Origin: Candidatus Thorarchaeota archaeon
Lineage (GTDB): Archaea; Asgardarchaeota; Thorarchaeia; Thorarchaeales; Thorarchaeaceae
DNA: 64,000 bases
Direction: 5' to 3'
Assembly (NCBI GenBank): GCA_048884965.1
Contig: JBHLQH010000005.1
Span: 1 to 64,000 of the forward strand
Shown here: piece by piece, positions 1 through 9,249 of the stretch
Numbering within the stretch: position 1 is the stretch's first letter
How the letters are laid out: each line of letters starts with the position of its first letter
Translations under genes and position numbers: made by a program
The notes under the pieces: generated by a model
What the model was told of the DNA's origin: nothing
Database searches by the model: none
What the model saw: only the letters and a program-made list of their open reading frames with translations

Positions 1-42
1 GACTCTTGGATCGCTCTCTGTCTTTCTTCTTTCTTCTCTCAC
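1..42 (-). CDS. 5' end of a CDS truncated by the window edge (GTG AGA GAA GAA AGA...)
   Basis: Open frame from GTG at 42 to the edge with a purine-rich GGGGGA upstream; only 14 codons visible. Confidence 0.3.
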   Translation of the reverse strand, partial: MREERRKTESDPRV

Positions 43-260
43 AATTGACTTTCCCCCACTTAACTCACAGCAATACTTATATCCTAATATGATATAATAT
101 TAATCAGCGGGGCTCACAGCCAACCGCTACATATCTCTCTCAAATCCATCTATTTATTGCAGGCTTCGTCGCTTGTATTCTGTGGGCCCCAATGCATCTT
201 TTCTTTTCCTGAGGAAACATTAAAAGCAAGATAGAACTCGCAAGCCATGGAGAGCGCAAA

Positions 261-716
261 ATGTCAATTGCGAAGAAAGCGGTCGATAGCACCCTCAAGA
301 AGATTCTCATATACACTGGTGAGATTATTGCATCAATCATCTTGCTCATTGTAATCTGCTTACCACTCGCATTTTCAGTACCTATGTGGATTCAAAGAGT
401 CTTTTTTGGCACACCTGTCAATGAACTTTTAGTCAATCCTTTGGCATGGTTCGGGTCTGCTGGCTTAATCCTCGTTGTCGCTGGATTGGCTGTCGTTAGT
501 ATCATCATTGGCTATCCCTTCCTCATGAAGCTGATTCCTGGAAAAACCTCTGAAAATGGAACTGTGGTTGAGGATGATAAAGAAGAAGAAGTAACAATGG
601 ATGATGAAGAAGAGATTGACGACGCAGAGGAATTAGAAGATGAGGAATTCTCGGATTCCATAGACGAAGATGAGATTTCTGAAGAAGACGTATCTGATTC
701 AACCATAGATAATTAG
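261..716 (+). CDS. Hypothetical membrane protein, two TM helices plus acidic C-terminal tail
   Basis: Two hydrophobic segments followed by a D/E-rich tail; GGAGAG upstream. Confidence 0.75.
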   Translation: MSIAKKAVDSTLKKILIYTGEIIASIILLIVICLPLAFSVPMWIQRVFFGTPVNELLVNPLAWFGSAGLILVVAGLAVVSIIIGYPFLMKLIPGKTSENGTVVEDDKEEEVTMDDEEEIDDAEELEDEEFSDSIDEDEISEEDVSDSTIDN

Positions 717-766
717 TTGCACTTTGGACGGATATGATAAACATATCCTGTCCATGAGTGTTTAAT

Positions 767-1582
767 TCAAACTTCTTCGATACCAAGTTTATTGACTATT
801 CTTTCTACGATACGCTCAAAGTCCTTTGAAACCTTTGAGTTTGGTTCCTTTACTACAAATGGTGTTCCTTCGTCACTAAGAGTGATTACTCGAGGATCTA
901 ATGGAAGTGTACCAAGGTGTTCAATTTCGTAGGTTTCTGCCGCAGTCTTTGCGGCTCCTTCTCCAAAGATTTTGTAGGCTTCACCGCACTTCGGACAAAT
1001 GAACTCTGACATATTCTCTACTATGCCAATAATTGGCACGTTCATCTTCATGACCAATTGTATCGCACGCCGAGCGTCTAGCACCGCGACTTCTTGAGGA
1101 GTAGATACGATAACCACTCCTGATAGATCGGGTATGGATTGAAGAATACTTAGAATCTCGTCTCCTGTCCCTGGAGGAAGATCTACCACCATCACATCGA
1201 GCTCTTCCCAACTTACATCCGAAAGAAACTGCCGAATGGCTCTTGCAACAAGAGGTCCTCTCCAAGCAACAGCATCATCAGCTTGCTTGAGCAGAAATCC
1301 CATACTCATGACCTTCACTCCAAGAGGTCCAACAATGGGTTGGATTTTGTTTCCTTCCGCTGTTGGATGTTGTCCTTCGAGTCCCAGCAATTTTGGTACG
1401 TTTGGTCCGTAAATGTCTACATCAAGAATACCTGCTTTCAGATTTCTTTTGGCGAAAGCCATCGCCAGATTGGTGGATACTGTCGTCTTACCGACTCCAC
1501 CTTTCCCTGAAAGAACGACTATCTTGTGCTTGACCCTTTTCATCGCTTCTTGTACTTCTTCTGGAATTGTTACTGACGCCAT
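767..1582 (-). CDS. Mrp/Nbp35 (ApbC) Fe-S cluster carrier ATPase
   Basis: SGKGGVGKTT deviant Walker A, DVDIYGPNVP, WRGP, DLPPGTGD, ENMS..CPKC; ATG at 1582 preferred over TTG at 1594. Confidence 0.93.
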   Translation of the reverse strand: MASVTIPEEVQEAMKRVKHKIVVLSGKGGVGKTTVSTNLAMAFAKRNLKAGILDVDIYGPNVPKLLGLEGQHPTAEGNKIQPIVGPLGVKVMSMGFLLKQADDAVAWRGPLVARAIRQFLSDVSWEELDVMVVDLPPGTGDEILSILQSIPDLSGVVIVSTPQEVAVLDARRAIQLVMKMNVPIIGIVENMSEFICPKCGEAYKIFGEGAAKTAAETYEIEHLGTLPLDPRVITLSDEGTPFVVKEPNSKVSKDFERIVERIVNKLGIEEV

Positions 1583-1643
1583 GAAACTCGCCAAGGTCCA
1601 GATGCACTACTCCCACATTTAAAGAGTTAGATGCGACTAAGAT

Positions 1644-2459
1644 TTATGAAATCCCATTGAAAGCACCAAGAATGGAACGAGCTATCCTCTCATTGGATGC
1701 AGCTACAAAGCTCATTCTTTTGTTCATATCGAAATCCTGTAGGAATCTGATGCCTGTTGCGTCTAATACGTAACCCCCAGCTTCGAAGACCATGTGAGTC
1801 CCAGAAACATGGACTATCGGTAGAATATTACGAAGGTCGACCATTGCATCAAGGGCTCCGCTTGCGGTCCAGCATAGATCGAGCAAGTTGCTGCCTGTCC
1901 TTCGCATATCATATACGCTTTGAAGAGTCTGCAATGAGTTTTTTCCAAAGTCATCTCTCATCGGTTTCTTTGTATCATATGAGATGATGGCTTTTGAAAG
2001 ATCAATATCCTCCCTAGGTGAGATTAATTTTCCATTGAGCCGTGCTCCTTTTTCTGTTTCAGCGATATAGGTTTCTTTGGTAAAGAAGGAGTCAATTATA
2101 CTAATCTCTGCATCATCAGTATTCATTGTTTCTGAGTATGGCAAAGCGGATATTCCCACGGCGCAGAGCGGTATTCCTCTTTCCAAATTCGTAGAACCAT
2201 CAATAGGGTCTATGACTGCTAGATATTCAGGTGTCTTTTTTGGCTTTATCAATCCCCGTTCTTCTGTCAGAATCATATATACAGTATCCGCGCTTTCTAG
2301 AACCGAGATAATGGCATCTTCTGCAGATTGATCAAGCAATAGTGTGTTATCTCCAAAAGGATTCTGTCCTCCTGTCTTCATTGCAACAGAATCGAGATTA
2401 TTAAGAACGATATCTTTTGCTGCTCCTACCGCACTCAATAATTCGCTCATAACAGTCAT
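1644..2459 (-). CDS. Inositol monophosphatase / archaeal FBPase family protein
   Basis: ILTEE, VIDPIDGSTN motif, RRTGS..LDLCWTASG. Confidence 0.88.
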   Translation of the reverse strand: MTVMSELLSAVGAAKDIVLNNLDSVAMKTGGQNPFGDNTLLLDQSAEDAIISVLESADTVYMILTEERGLIKPKKTPEYLAVIDPIDGSTNLERGIPLCAVGISALPYSETMNTDDAEISIIDSFFTKETYIAETEKGARLNGKLISPREDIDLSKAIISYDTKKPMRDDFGKNSLQTLQSVYDMRRTGSNLLDLCWTASGALDAMVDLRNILPIVHVSGTHMVFEAGGYVLDATGIRFLQDFDMNKRMSFVAASNERIARSILGAFNGIS

Positions 2460-2576
2460 GATGAAACACCTTTTGGTGCTAATAGAGTGGTCTCTATAAC
2501 ACTATCCATCTACTTACAAATCATTAAATACGCTGATGTTGAGCTTTGTGTGTAAGGGCTACTATGGTGTATTATC

Positions 2577-3239
2577 ATGGGATTTCTAAGCGGTAAAAAG
2601 AAGGTCGATGCTGAACGCGGAATCTTAGAGATTAAAGGTACAATGAATGCTCTAACTCTACGGATTAGACGTCTCGAAACACGACAAATCGAAGAGCAGC
2701 AAAAAGCTAAGGAAGCTATGAGCAGAGGTGACCGTACGATTGCACGGCATCATCTGAGCATTGTAGTCGATCTTGAGAATAGACGAGGGCGATATCAACA
2801 GCAATTCCTTACTCTAGAAACCGCTCTGATGAATATAGAAGAAGCAAAGGATCAATCCGAAGTACTACGGGCCTTTACCATAGCAAATGATGCCCTGACT
2901 GCAGCGCGTGCCATGTTGAAACCCGCTGAGATTCAAGCTCAACTTGACAAGCTCTCTCAGTCATTTGAGGAGATATCCATTGCTGGTGAGTTACTGTCAG
3001 AAGATCTTTCGGCAGGCGATATGACTCTGGAATCTGAGGATCGTATCGAGCGTCAACTTGATGCGATGGAAGCTGAGATTCTTCTTGAGAAGGAAGGTGT
3101 ACTTCCGCCTCTAAAGACTGAATCCACCACAGGAACAACTGTACCAACAAAGGAGTCCGATACGAAACGAGTGGATGATTTGCTAGCTGATTTAGAGAGA
3201 GAAGCAAAGGAAGAAAGGGAGAAAGAAGCAGAAGGCTAG
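2577..3239 (+). CDS. Snf7-family ESCRT-III subunit (Vps20/32/60-like)
   Basis: MGFLSGKKK N-terminus, basic helical hairpin (GDRTIARHHL), acidic C-terminal half, LPP motif; aligns by eye with CHMP6/Vps20. Confidence 0.82.
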   Translation: MGFLSGKKKVDAERGILEIKGTMNALTLRIRRLETRQIEEQQKAKEAMSRGDRTIARHHLSIVVDLENRRGRYQQQFLTLETALMNIEEAKDQSEVLRAFTIANDALTAARAMLKPAEIQAQLDKLSQSFEEISIAGELLSEDLSAGDMTLESEDRIERQLDAMEAEILLEKEGVLPPLKTESTTGTTVPTKESDTKRVDDLLADLEREAKEEREKEAEG

Positions 3240-3272
3240 TCTGCCCACTCAGCATCTCGGTGTGGTTCTCAT

Positions 3273-3911
3273 ATGACAATTAAACTAGTAGTCTTTGACT
3301 TAGATGGCACCCTCACCACTCACAACAGCTCGTGGTGGCGATTGCATGAAGTATTTGGCACACAAGAAGAGGGTAGTAGATATTATGACGAATACTTTGC
3401 TGGTAAGATATCCTACCAAGAATGGGCTGAGCTCGATGCAGGACTGTGGAAGGGACGATTTCTTTCTGAGGTGCAAAGGATTGTGGATGAAACCGAACTT
3501 ATGCCCGGCGCTGCAGAGGTTGTTGAAGAATTGAAGAACCGTGGGTTCAAGGTTGCAATACTATCCGGTGGTATTGATATTCTAGCAGAACAGATTGCCA
3601 AGAGGGTTGGTATCGAGTATGTTCTTGTCAATAGAATATCTCACGAAAATGGGATAATAACTGGAGATGTTGACGTACTCGTGGGTTGGGGGGGCAAGGC
3701 TAAGGAAATTGAGCAGATATCCCACGACTTCGATATTCCACTCTCAGAAACAGCTTTCGTTGGCGATGGCAAGAATGACATTCCTGCATTCTCTGTTGTG
3801 GCATTATCCATTGCGATTAATCCAGAGACTGAGGAAGTCGCGCAAGCCGCATCCATTGTGATCAGAGAGAAGGATCTCAGACAAATCCTTCCTCATATCC
3901 TCAACTTGTGA
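3273..3911 (+). CDS. HAD-superfamily phosphoserine phosphatase-like hydrolase
   Basis: VFDLDGTL, ILSGG, conserved K, VGDGKND. Confidence 0.88.
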   Translation: MTIKLVVFDLDGTLTTHNSSWWRLHEVFGTQEEGSRYYDEYFAGKISYQEWAELDAGLWKGRFLSEVQRIVDETELMPGAAEVVEELKNRGFKVAILSGGIDILAEQIAKRVGIEYVLVNRISHENGIITGDVDVLVGWGGKAKEIEQISHDFDIPLSETAFVGDGKNDIPAFSVVALSIAINPETEEVAQAASIVIREKDLRQILPHILNL

Positions 3912-5064
3912 TTAGTAGGACAAAAACATATGCCTGTAGAAGAATAATCATCATTCCCTCGAATAAGTCTAACTTGTTGTCATCCGTAATATTTCGTTTT
4001 AGGAACCATAGGCTTCCAGCAATAACTACAATCTGGAATAGAACATATCTGTCAAGAGGGATTGGAACAAATATGCCAATACCTCCTGCAACAAGTAAAA
4101 CTATCTGTAGAACACCTCCCACTAGGTTTCCTACAGCTAATCCTACCTTCCCCTTTGAAGCAGCAATTAAAGCGATACCATGCTCAGGCAATGCTCCTGC
4201 AGCACCAAGTATTAGGGCGGCAATGTACACAGGGTCTCCTATAGAGCTTATCAAAGTATGCTGTTCTTCCAATAGAAGCTCAACACTGAAAGTTAGCATT
4301 TCTCCTGCAAAGAAGATGCCAATGAATCCCATCAGAGTAAGGATGGCTGAATTCCTCTTTGAGAAATGAGGTACAACTATCTTTGCTTCTCCAATCTCAC
4401 CTACTTCTCCTTCTTTCAGGGAATATGCATAAACAACATATGAAAGGAAAAGTACGAACGAGGCTTCACGGGGGAAATAATTCACGTCGCCAGTCGAAGC
4501 CGTAACAGCAAGATCGACAATACCCAAAGCAAACATGCTTGCTAATGCTACAATAGTCCATCGTATTAAAACTGAGTCTTTTTGTATGATTTCTTTTGGA
4601 ACTTCCATGTCTGCCTTCCCTTTTGTAGATATGACAATGGTAATTCCAAGCAGAAGCATGTTAAAACCCGCTGCAATTAAAACAGATAGTATCGCAATAT
4701 CAAGAAGGTCCTGACTTCCTTGCGTGTATCCACTATATGCTGCTAATCCACTTACAACTGCTTCCGGCATATTACTTGCAAGACTTGATAGGAGTCCTGC
4801 AATATAGGCGCTATATCCACGATGACCAGCAACACTTTCCAATCCTTCGACAGCCCATTCAGAAGGGCGAAACGCAAGCCATGTTCCTAGGACCAGACCA
4901 AGAAGGATTATCACACTAATTATGTCATGTCCAAAAGCAAACAGACGAATATAGAAATATGATATAATCAGAATCCCTACAATAAGAAATTCAATTTTGC
5001 CTGCACCTAGAGCCCTTCGGATTGGTTCGTATTCACTGTGGATTGTTTCATGGTCGATTTCCAA
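3901..5064 (-). CDS. Ca2+/cation antiporter (CaCA family)
   Basis: Polytopic membrane protein with two alpha-repeats (SNMPE, GALPEH...GNLVG). Confidence 0.85.
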   Translation of the reverse strand: MEIDHETIHSEYEPIRRALGAGKIEFLIVGILIISYFYIRLFAFGHDIISVIILLGLVLGTWLAFRPSEWAVEGLESVAGHRGYSAYIAGLLSSLASNMPEAVVSGLAAYSGYTQGSQDLLDIAILSVLIAAGFNMLLLGITIVISTKGKADMEVPKEIIQKDSVLIRWTIVALASMFALGIVDLAVTASTGDVNYFPREASFVLFLSYVVYAYSLKEGEVGEIGEAKIVVPHFSKRNSAILTLMGFIGIFFAGEMLTFSVELLLEEQHTLISSIGDPVYIAALILGAAGALPEHGIALIAASKGKVGLAVGNLVGGVLQIVLLVAGGIGIFVPIPLDRYVLFQIVVIAGSLWFLKRNITDDNKLDLFEGMMIILLQAYVFVLLITS

Positions 5065-5156
5065 ATCGAGTACCTCGTATTGCTGGTTGATGTAATTCTG
5101 CTCCTCGGAACGGTTCTAACCTATTAATGCTCCTCTTCAGCGCTTGATTTTCTTGG

Positions 5157-6302
5157 CTAGTACTTTACTCCTGATCCAGTATTTAGGACGACTACATCCT
5201 CATCATAGTCAATATCTCCCGATTCAACAAGATTCCTTAGTCCTGCCAGTCCAACCGCCGCTTCTGGACAGATGTCAAGACCTTCCATTTTCGCAGCGAT
5301 ACTTCTTGTTGATTCAATTTCAATCTCTGCAACTGCGACAGCACCACCGCCGGATCTCCTTAAAGCGCTTAAAATGAGTCTTCCTGCGAAGGGGTGCGGT
5401 ACCCTCAGTCCATATGCCTTCGTCTGTCCATTTTGCCAAGATTCGATGGTATCCGCATCTGTTTCAAAAGCTGTGACCACAGGAGCGCAACCTTCGCTTT
5501 GAGCTGCATACAATCTAGGTCGTTCCTTTCCTATCATCCCGATTGCTTCAAGCTCATCAAGTCCTTTCCATATTCCAATCAATGCTGTACCTCCCCCTGT
5601 GGGGCAGATAATAGCATCAGGCACTTCCCAATTGAGTTGTTCGGCAATCTCAAACGCTAGGGTCTTCTTACCTTCGACTCTATATGGTTCCTTAGTGGTT
5701 GAAAGATCGATCCAGTTCCCATTTTGCTGTCGCATCACGCTAGCACTATCTGAAATAGTACCTGGACTTGATGCAGTAATTGCCCCATACATCGTGCAAT
5801 CCTTGAAGAATTGTGATGGAGTATCCTCAGGCATGAAGATATGACAGGGCACCCCAGCTGCAGCAGAATATGCGCTCGCTGATACTGCAGCATTTCCTGC
5901 TGAAGGAAGCGCGAAGGCTGTGGCTCCAAGTTCGACATGCTTCGAGATTGCCGCACAGAGACCTCGATCCTTGAAGCTCAGAGTTGGATTTCGAGACTCG
6001 TCTTTGATCCTTAGACAACGTAGTCCTAAGTGAGTTCCCAGTCGCCGTGTTAGAATTAGAGGTGTCCATCCTTCTCCCAAACTCAGGATGAAAGACGGTG
6101 ACTTTACTGGTAGCAGCATGGAGTATCTCCACATAGAATTGTCATCGACAGGAAACTCTCCACAATCAACAGCTTCCGCAACTAGATTGAGATCATATAT
6201 GGCCAGTAGCGGAGAGCCACAGATACAGAAGGTTGCTGGACGGTCTGAAGAATAGTTCTTGCCGCACTCCGGACACTCCAGATGAGATATATATGAAATC
6301 AT
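5157..6302 (-). CDS. thrC: Threonine synthase (PLP fold type II)
   Basis: CPECG...CICG Zn site, SLGEGWTPL, NPTLSFKDRG, SAGNAA, EGKKT, PTGGG, NTGSG; ATG at 6302 preferred. Confidence 0.88.
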   Translation of the reverse strand: MISYISHLECPECGKNYSSDRPATFCICGSPLLAIYDLNLVAEAVDCGEFPVDDNSMWRYSMLLPVKSPSFILSLGEGWTPLILTRRLGTHLGLRCLRIKDESRNPTLSFKDRGLCAAISKHVELGATAFALPSAGNAAVSASAYSAAAGVPCHIFMPEDTPSQFFKDCTMYGAITASSPGTISDSASVMRQQNGNWIDLSTTKEPYRVEGKKTLAFEIAEQLNWEVPDAIICPTGGGTALIGIWKGLDELEAIGMIGKERPRLYAAQSEGCAPVVTAFETDADTIESWQNGQTKAYGLRVPHPFAGRLILSALRRSGGGAVAVAEIEIESTRSIAAKMEGLDICPEAAVGLAGLRNLVESGDIDYDEDVVVLNTGSGVKY

Positions 6303-6380
6303 TTTCTCCCACGATATTACTTGCACAATTACCATTATATGTACGTATACATTGAAGTTCATTGTGCAGGAGTACATACG

Positions 6381-7589
6381 ATGGGTCAGCTAAAGCGGAT
6401 GGTTCTTCCATTTACTGCATTGGTTGGTATGAGTAGACTCAAGCTTGCTCTAATTTTGAATGGAGTTAATCCTAGAATTGGTGGCTTGCTAGTTTCTGGC
6501 CCAAAGGGTACTGGAAAAACGACTCTCGTCCGTGCATTTGCTGAACTTCTGCCTGAAGTAGATGTTGTAGAAGGATGCAGATTTGGATGTAATCCGAAAC
6601 GAGAGGATGCCCTATGTCCTGACTGTCAAGCTCATCTTGAGAAGGGTGAATCTCTCTCATCAAAGAGAAGAAAGATGCGAGTTGTGAACCTACCCCTATC
6701 AACAACTGAGGATCGTTTGATTGGCGCACTTGATATCGAAAGAGTTCTCTCCGAAGGCATCCAAGCTTTGAAACCTGGAATCCTCGCTGAAGCACATCAG
6801 AATGTTCTCTATGTTGATGAAGTTAATCTTCTTCCTGATCATTTAGTTGATGATTTGCTTGATGCTGCAGCAACGAAGGTCAATGTCATTGAGAGAGAGG
6901 GTATCTCGATTTCACACCCCTCTGATTTTGTCTTGATGGGATCTATGAATCCTGAAGAGGGTGAGCTGAGACCACAGCTTTTAGATCGTTTTCCACTACA
7001 TGTCGCAGTTGGCTCTGAGCATTCTATTGAAGATAGAATGGAATTGGTTCGACGAAATCTTGATTTTGAGAATGACCCTGATGCATTTATCGATAAATGG
7101 GAAGCAGAGCAAAGCGAACTACGAGAGCAGATAATCAATGGTCGGTCCCTACTTCCTGATGTAGTTCTTAGTGACGGTCAACTACGAGCCATTGCAATGG
7201 CTACAGATGCATTAGAAGTGGATGGAGTAAGACCTGATATCATCATCAGCAAAACAGCAATCACAATTGCAGCATTCTTCGGTAGAACCGAAGTCGAGCT
7301 AAAGGATATGCAACTAGCTGCTCAATTGACATTGAGTCATCGAACCCGTAGAGGTGGACTTCTGGAACCTCCTGCTGGTTCGGATATCAATGAGGCAATA
7401 ACCAGAGCTCATGAAGTAGCACAGAAACAGGATCGTCGAAAATCCCCTACTGAGGTTCCTCCTGAAGATAATAATGAAGAAAGTGGAGAATCTGGAGCTC
7501 GGATGAGTGGAGGCAAGTTCGGTAGACAGGATCAATTCGCTGATATGGGCATGGGTGAGGAAGGCAAAAAAAAACTCCGAAGAAAATAA
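6381..7589 (+). CDS. Mg/Co-chelatase ChlI/BchI-type AAA+ ATPase; 5' part of a frameshifted chlD-like gene
   Basis: PFTALVG, GPKGTGKTT, TEDRLIG, LYVDEVNLL, IEREGIS, MNPEEGELRPQLLDRF. Confidence 0.92.
   Translation: MGQLKRMVLPFTALVGMSRLKLALILNGVNPRIGGLLVSGPKGTGKTTLVRAFAELLPEVDVVEGCRFGCNPKREDALCPDCQAHLEKGESLSSKRRKMRVVNLPLSTTEDRLIGALDIERVLSEGIQALKPGILAEAHQNVLYVDEVNLLPDHLVDDLLDAAATKVNVIEREGISISHPSDFVLMGSMNPEEGELRPQLLDRFPLHVAVGSEHSIEDRMELVRRNLDFENDPDAFIDKWEAEQSELREQIINGRSLLPDVVLSDGQLRAIAMATDALEVDGVRPDIIISKTAITIAAFFGRTEVELKDMQLAAQLTLSHRTRRGGLLEPPAGSDINEAITRAHEVAQKQDRRKSPTEVPPEDNNEESGESGARMSGGKFGRQDQFADMGMGEEGKKKLRRK
7565..7574 (+). promoter_or_regulatory. Slippery site C-AAA-AAA-AAA; candidate -1 frameshift or transcriptional slippage
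   Basis: A9 run four codons before the stop; the -1 frame is open from here into the vWA ORF. Confidence 0.75.
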
Positions 7590-7633
7590 GGAATCCTCGT
7601 GGTAATCCCATTAAGGGAACCATTATTGCGGTA

Positions 7634-9070
7634 ATGATGGTAGTTGGCTTTGGATATTTCGCTTGGATTGCTTTTTGTCCTTTGAATCTGCTATTTGGAT
7701 ATCCCCCCGGTGGAATGCCTGTTGACAACATCCCTCTCTTAATTATCGATTCAATTCTTTACATCCCTGTCATCTACACCCTAGTAAAGCGCTGGTTCAA
7801 GACCATGTTGAAAAGGCAATCAGGACCGGCTTCAGGTATTGATACTGTGGAGTCAGGTCCAGCAACTCCTGAACCGGGCGATGAATGGGGTCGAGCCACA
7901 CGACCATATACTGGCGATATTGAAACGAAAATAACTGGTTCGAAATCAGATTTACGAGATGCAGCCCTTGCCATTGATTCAGCCTTCTTCATCAAGCTGC
8001 CAAATCTTGATACTGGTGAAACGCTCTTTGAATCTGAAGAGCTACACAAGAAAGCGATGATTAGATCTAGAGTTTCTTCAGGAAGTTGGTCCGATAAACG
8101 AGTGAGCTCAAGAGCTGTTGGATCGCTAAAGGCAATGGAGTCAAATAAGACCGGCAGACCTACACGATGGCAACAGCCTGTCGGCGAGATTAGTTCTATC
8201 CATCTGCCATCTACTATCATAGCTGCCATTTCACGAATTGGCAAGATTCCAAAAGGTGAGAGGATACGAATAGAACCTGAGGACATTAGAGAAAGCGTCT
8301 ACTCAGGAAAAACTCCTATGACCATTATATTGGTTGTAGATGTGAGTCTCTCAATGAAGGGAAGTCTATCTGATGTTCGAAAACTCATTGAACAGATTGA
8401 AAGGGAAACAAGAGGCTCAAAGGACCGTGTTGGGATAGTTGCCTTCAAAGATAGTGGAGCCATTGAAGTTCAGGCTCCAACAACAAATTGGAATAAGATA
8501 TACCGCGCTCTTGCAAGATTGAAGATATCGGGATTGACCCCATTGGCAGAGGGCTTGATGAAATCGCTTGAAGCAATAAAACGCGAGAGAATGAGGAATC
8601 CTGATATCGAACCGCTCGTCATTGTCATATCTGATTTTGCTCCTAACATTCCCCTTGCACAATCCGTAGGACCTGGACATGCTCAATACACACCTATCAA
8701 AGATTTAGTCAAGGCTTCTCGACTATTACGAAAACAGAACGTGAGGTTAGCAGCTGTCGATGTCGAAAAAGAACACCGAAAGTGGTCGCGCGCATTGAGA
8801 AGACCATTCCACGATGCACTAGAACTGGCAGCTATGCTACGAATGAAGAAGGAAGGGCATTCGGATATTATAGAAACGATACTCTATGTGAATGAGTTTC
8901 GACAGCATTTTGGTGCTCTTCTCATAGCAAAAACTAGTGGAGGAAGAGCATTCCTTGCAGAGGAGCTCGTTGGACAGCGATCAATCCTTAGCACAATTCT
9001 GAATACTGTAAGATCAAAGGCAAAGCTAGATGCTAAGACTTTGAAAGCTGCAGAAAGCTATCTACCGTGA
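7634..9070 (+). CDS. Two TM helices plus ChlD-type vWA domain; probable 3' part of the frameshifted gene
   Basis: MIDAS DVSLSM, SGLTPLAEGL, VISD; hydrophobic N-terminal hairpin; frame open upstream through the A9 run. Confidence 0.85.
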   Translation: MMVVGFGYFAWIAFCPLNLLFGYPPGGMPVDNIPLLIIDSILYIPVIYTLVKRWFKTMLKRQSGPASGIDTVESGPATPEPGDEWGRATRPYTGDIETKITGSKSDLRDAALAIDSAFFIKLPNLDTGETLFESEELHKKAMIRSRVSSGSWSDKRVSSRAVGSLKAMESNKTGRPTRWQQPVGEISSIHLPSTIIAAISRIGKIPKGERIRIEPEDIRESVYSGKTPMTIILVVDVSLSMKGSLSDVRKLIEQIERETRGSKDRVGIVAFKDSGAIEVQAPTTNWNKIYRALARLKISGLTPLAEGLMKSLEAIKRERMRNPDIEPLVIVISDFAPNIPLAQSVGPGHAQYTPIKDLVKASRLLRKQNVRLAAVDVEKEHRKWSRALRRPFHDALELAAMLRMKKEGHSDIIETILYVNEFRQHFGALLIAKTSGGRAFLAEELVGQRSILSTILNTVRSKAKLDAKTLKAAESYLP

Positions 9071-9117
9071 TATCTGCCTTCTCAATTAGATTATTAACGA
9101 ATGTCCTAACAGTCACA

Positions 9118-9225
9118 TGCGCATCAAGTCCGAGATATGCCTAGTGTCATAGTGAGTACCGAGAGCCTAGTATTAGGTGTTCGATGAAGGTACTTTTCAT
9201 ACTCTAGGTACAGGACTTGAGCGCA
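9118..9225 (+). ncRNA. Structured RNA, candidate H/ACA pseudouridylation guide
   Basis: Nested stems with G-U pairs on the + strand, K-turn-like GA/GAU-GA, internal pocket, ACA 14 nt below the upper stem. Confidence 0.55.
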
Positions 9226-9249
9226 CTACTCATCTTGGTGAAACGTTGA

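Noticed and set aside
512-706. Ser-rich antisense ORFs (also 21019-21540, 42101-42595, 42217-42429, 49196-49558)
   Set aside because: Shadows of GAA/GAT-rich acidic or repeat coding sequence on the other strand
9068-9225. Selenocysteine readthrough of the vWA TGA with the hairpin as SECIS
   Set aside because: Readthrough adds only 8 residues with no redox motif; the AUGA...GA order fits only the - strand, where G-U pairs become A-C mismatches and there is no gene
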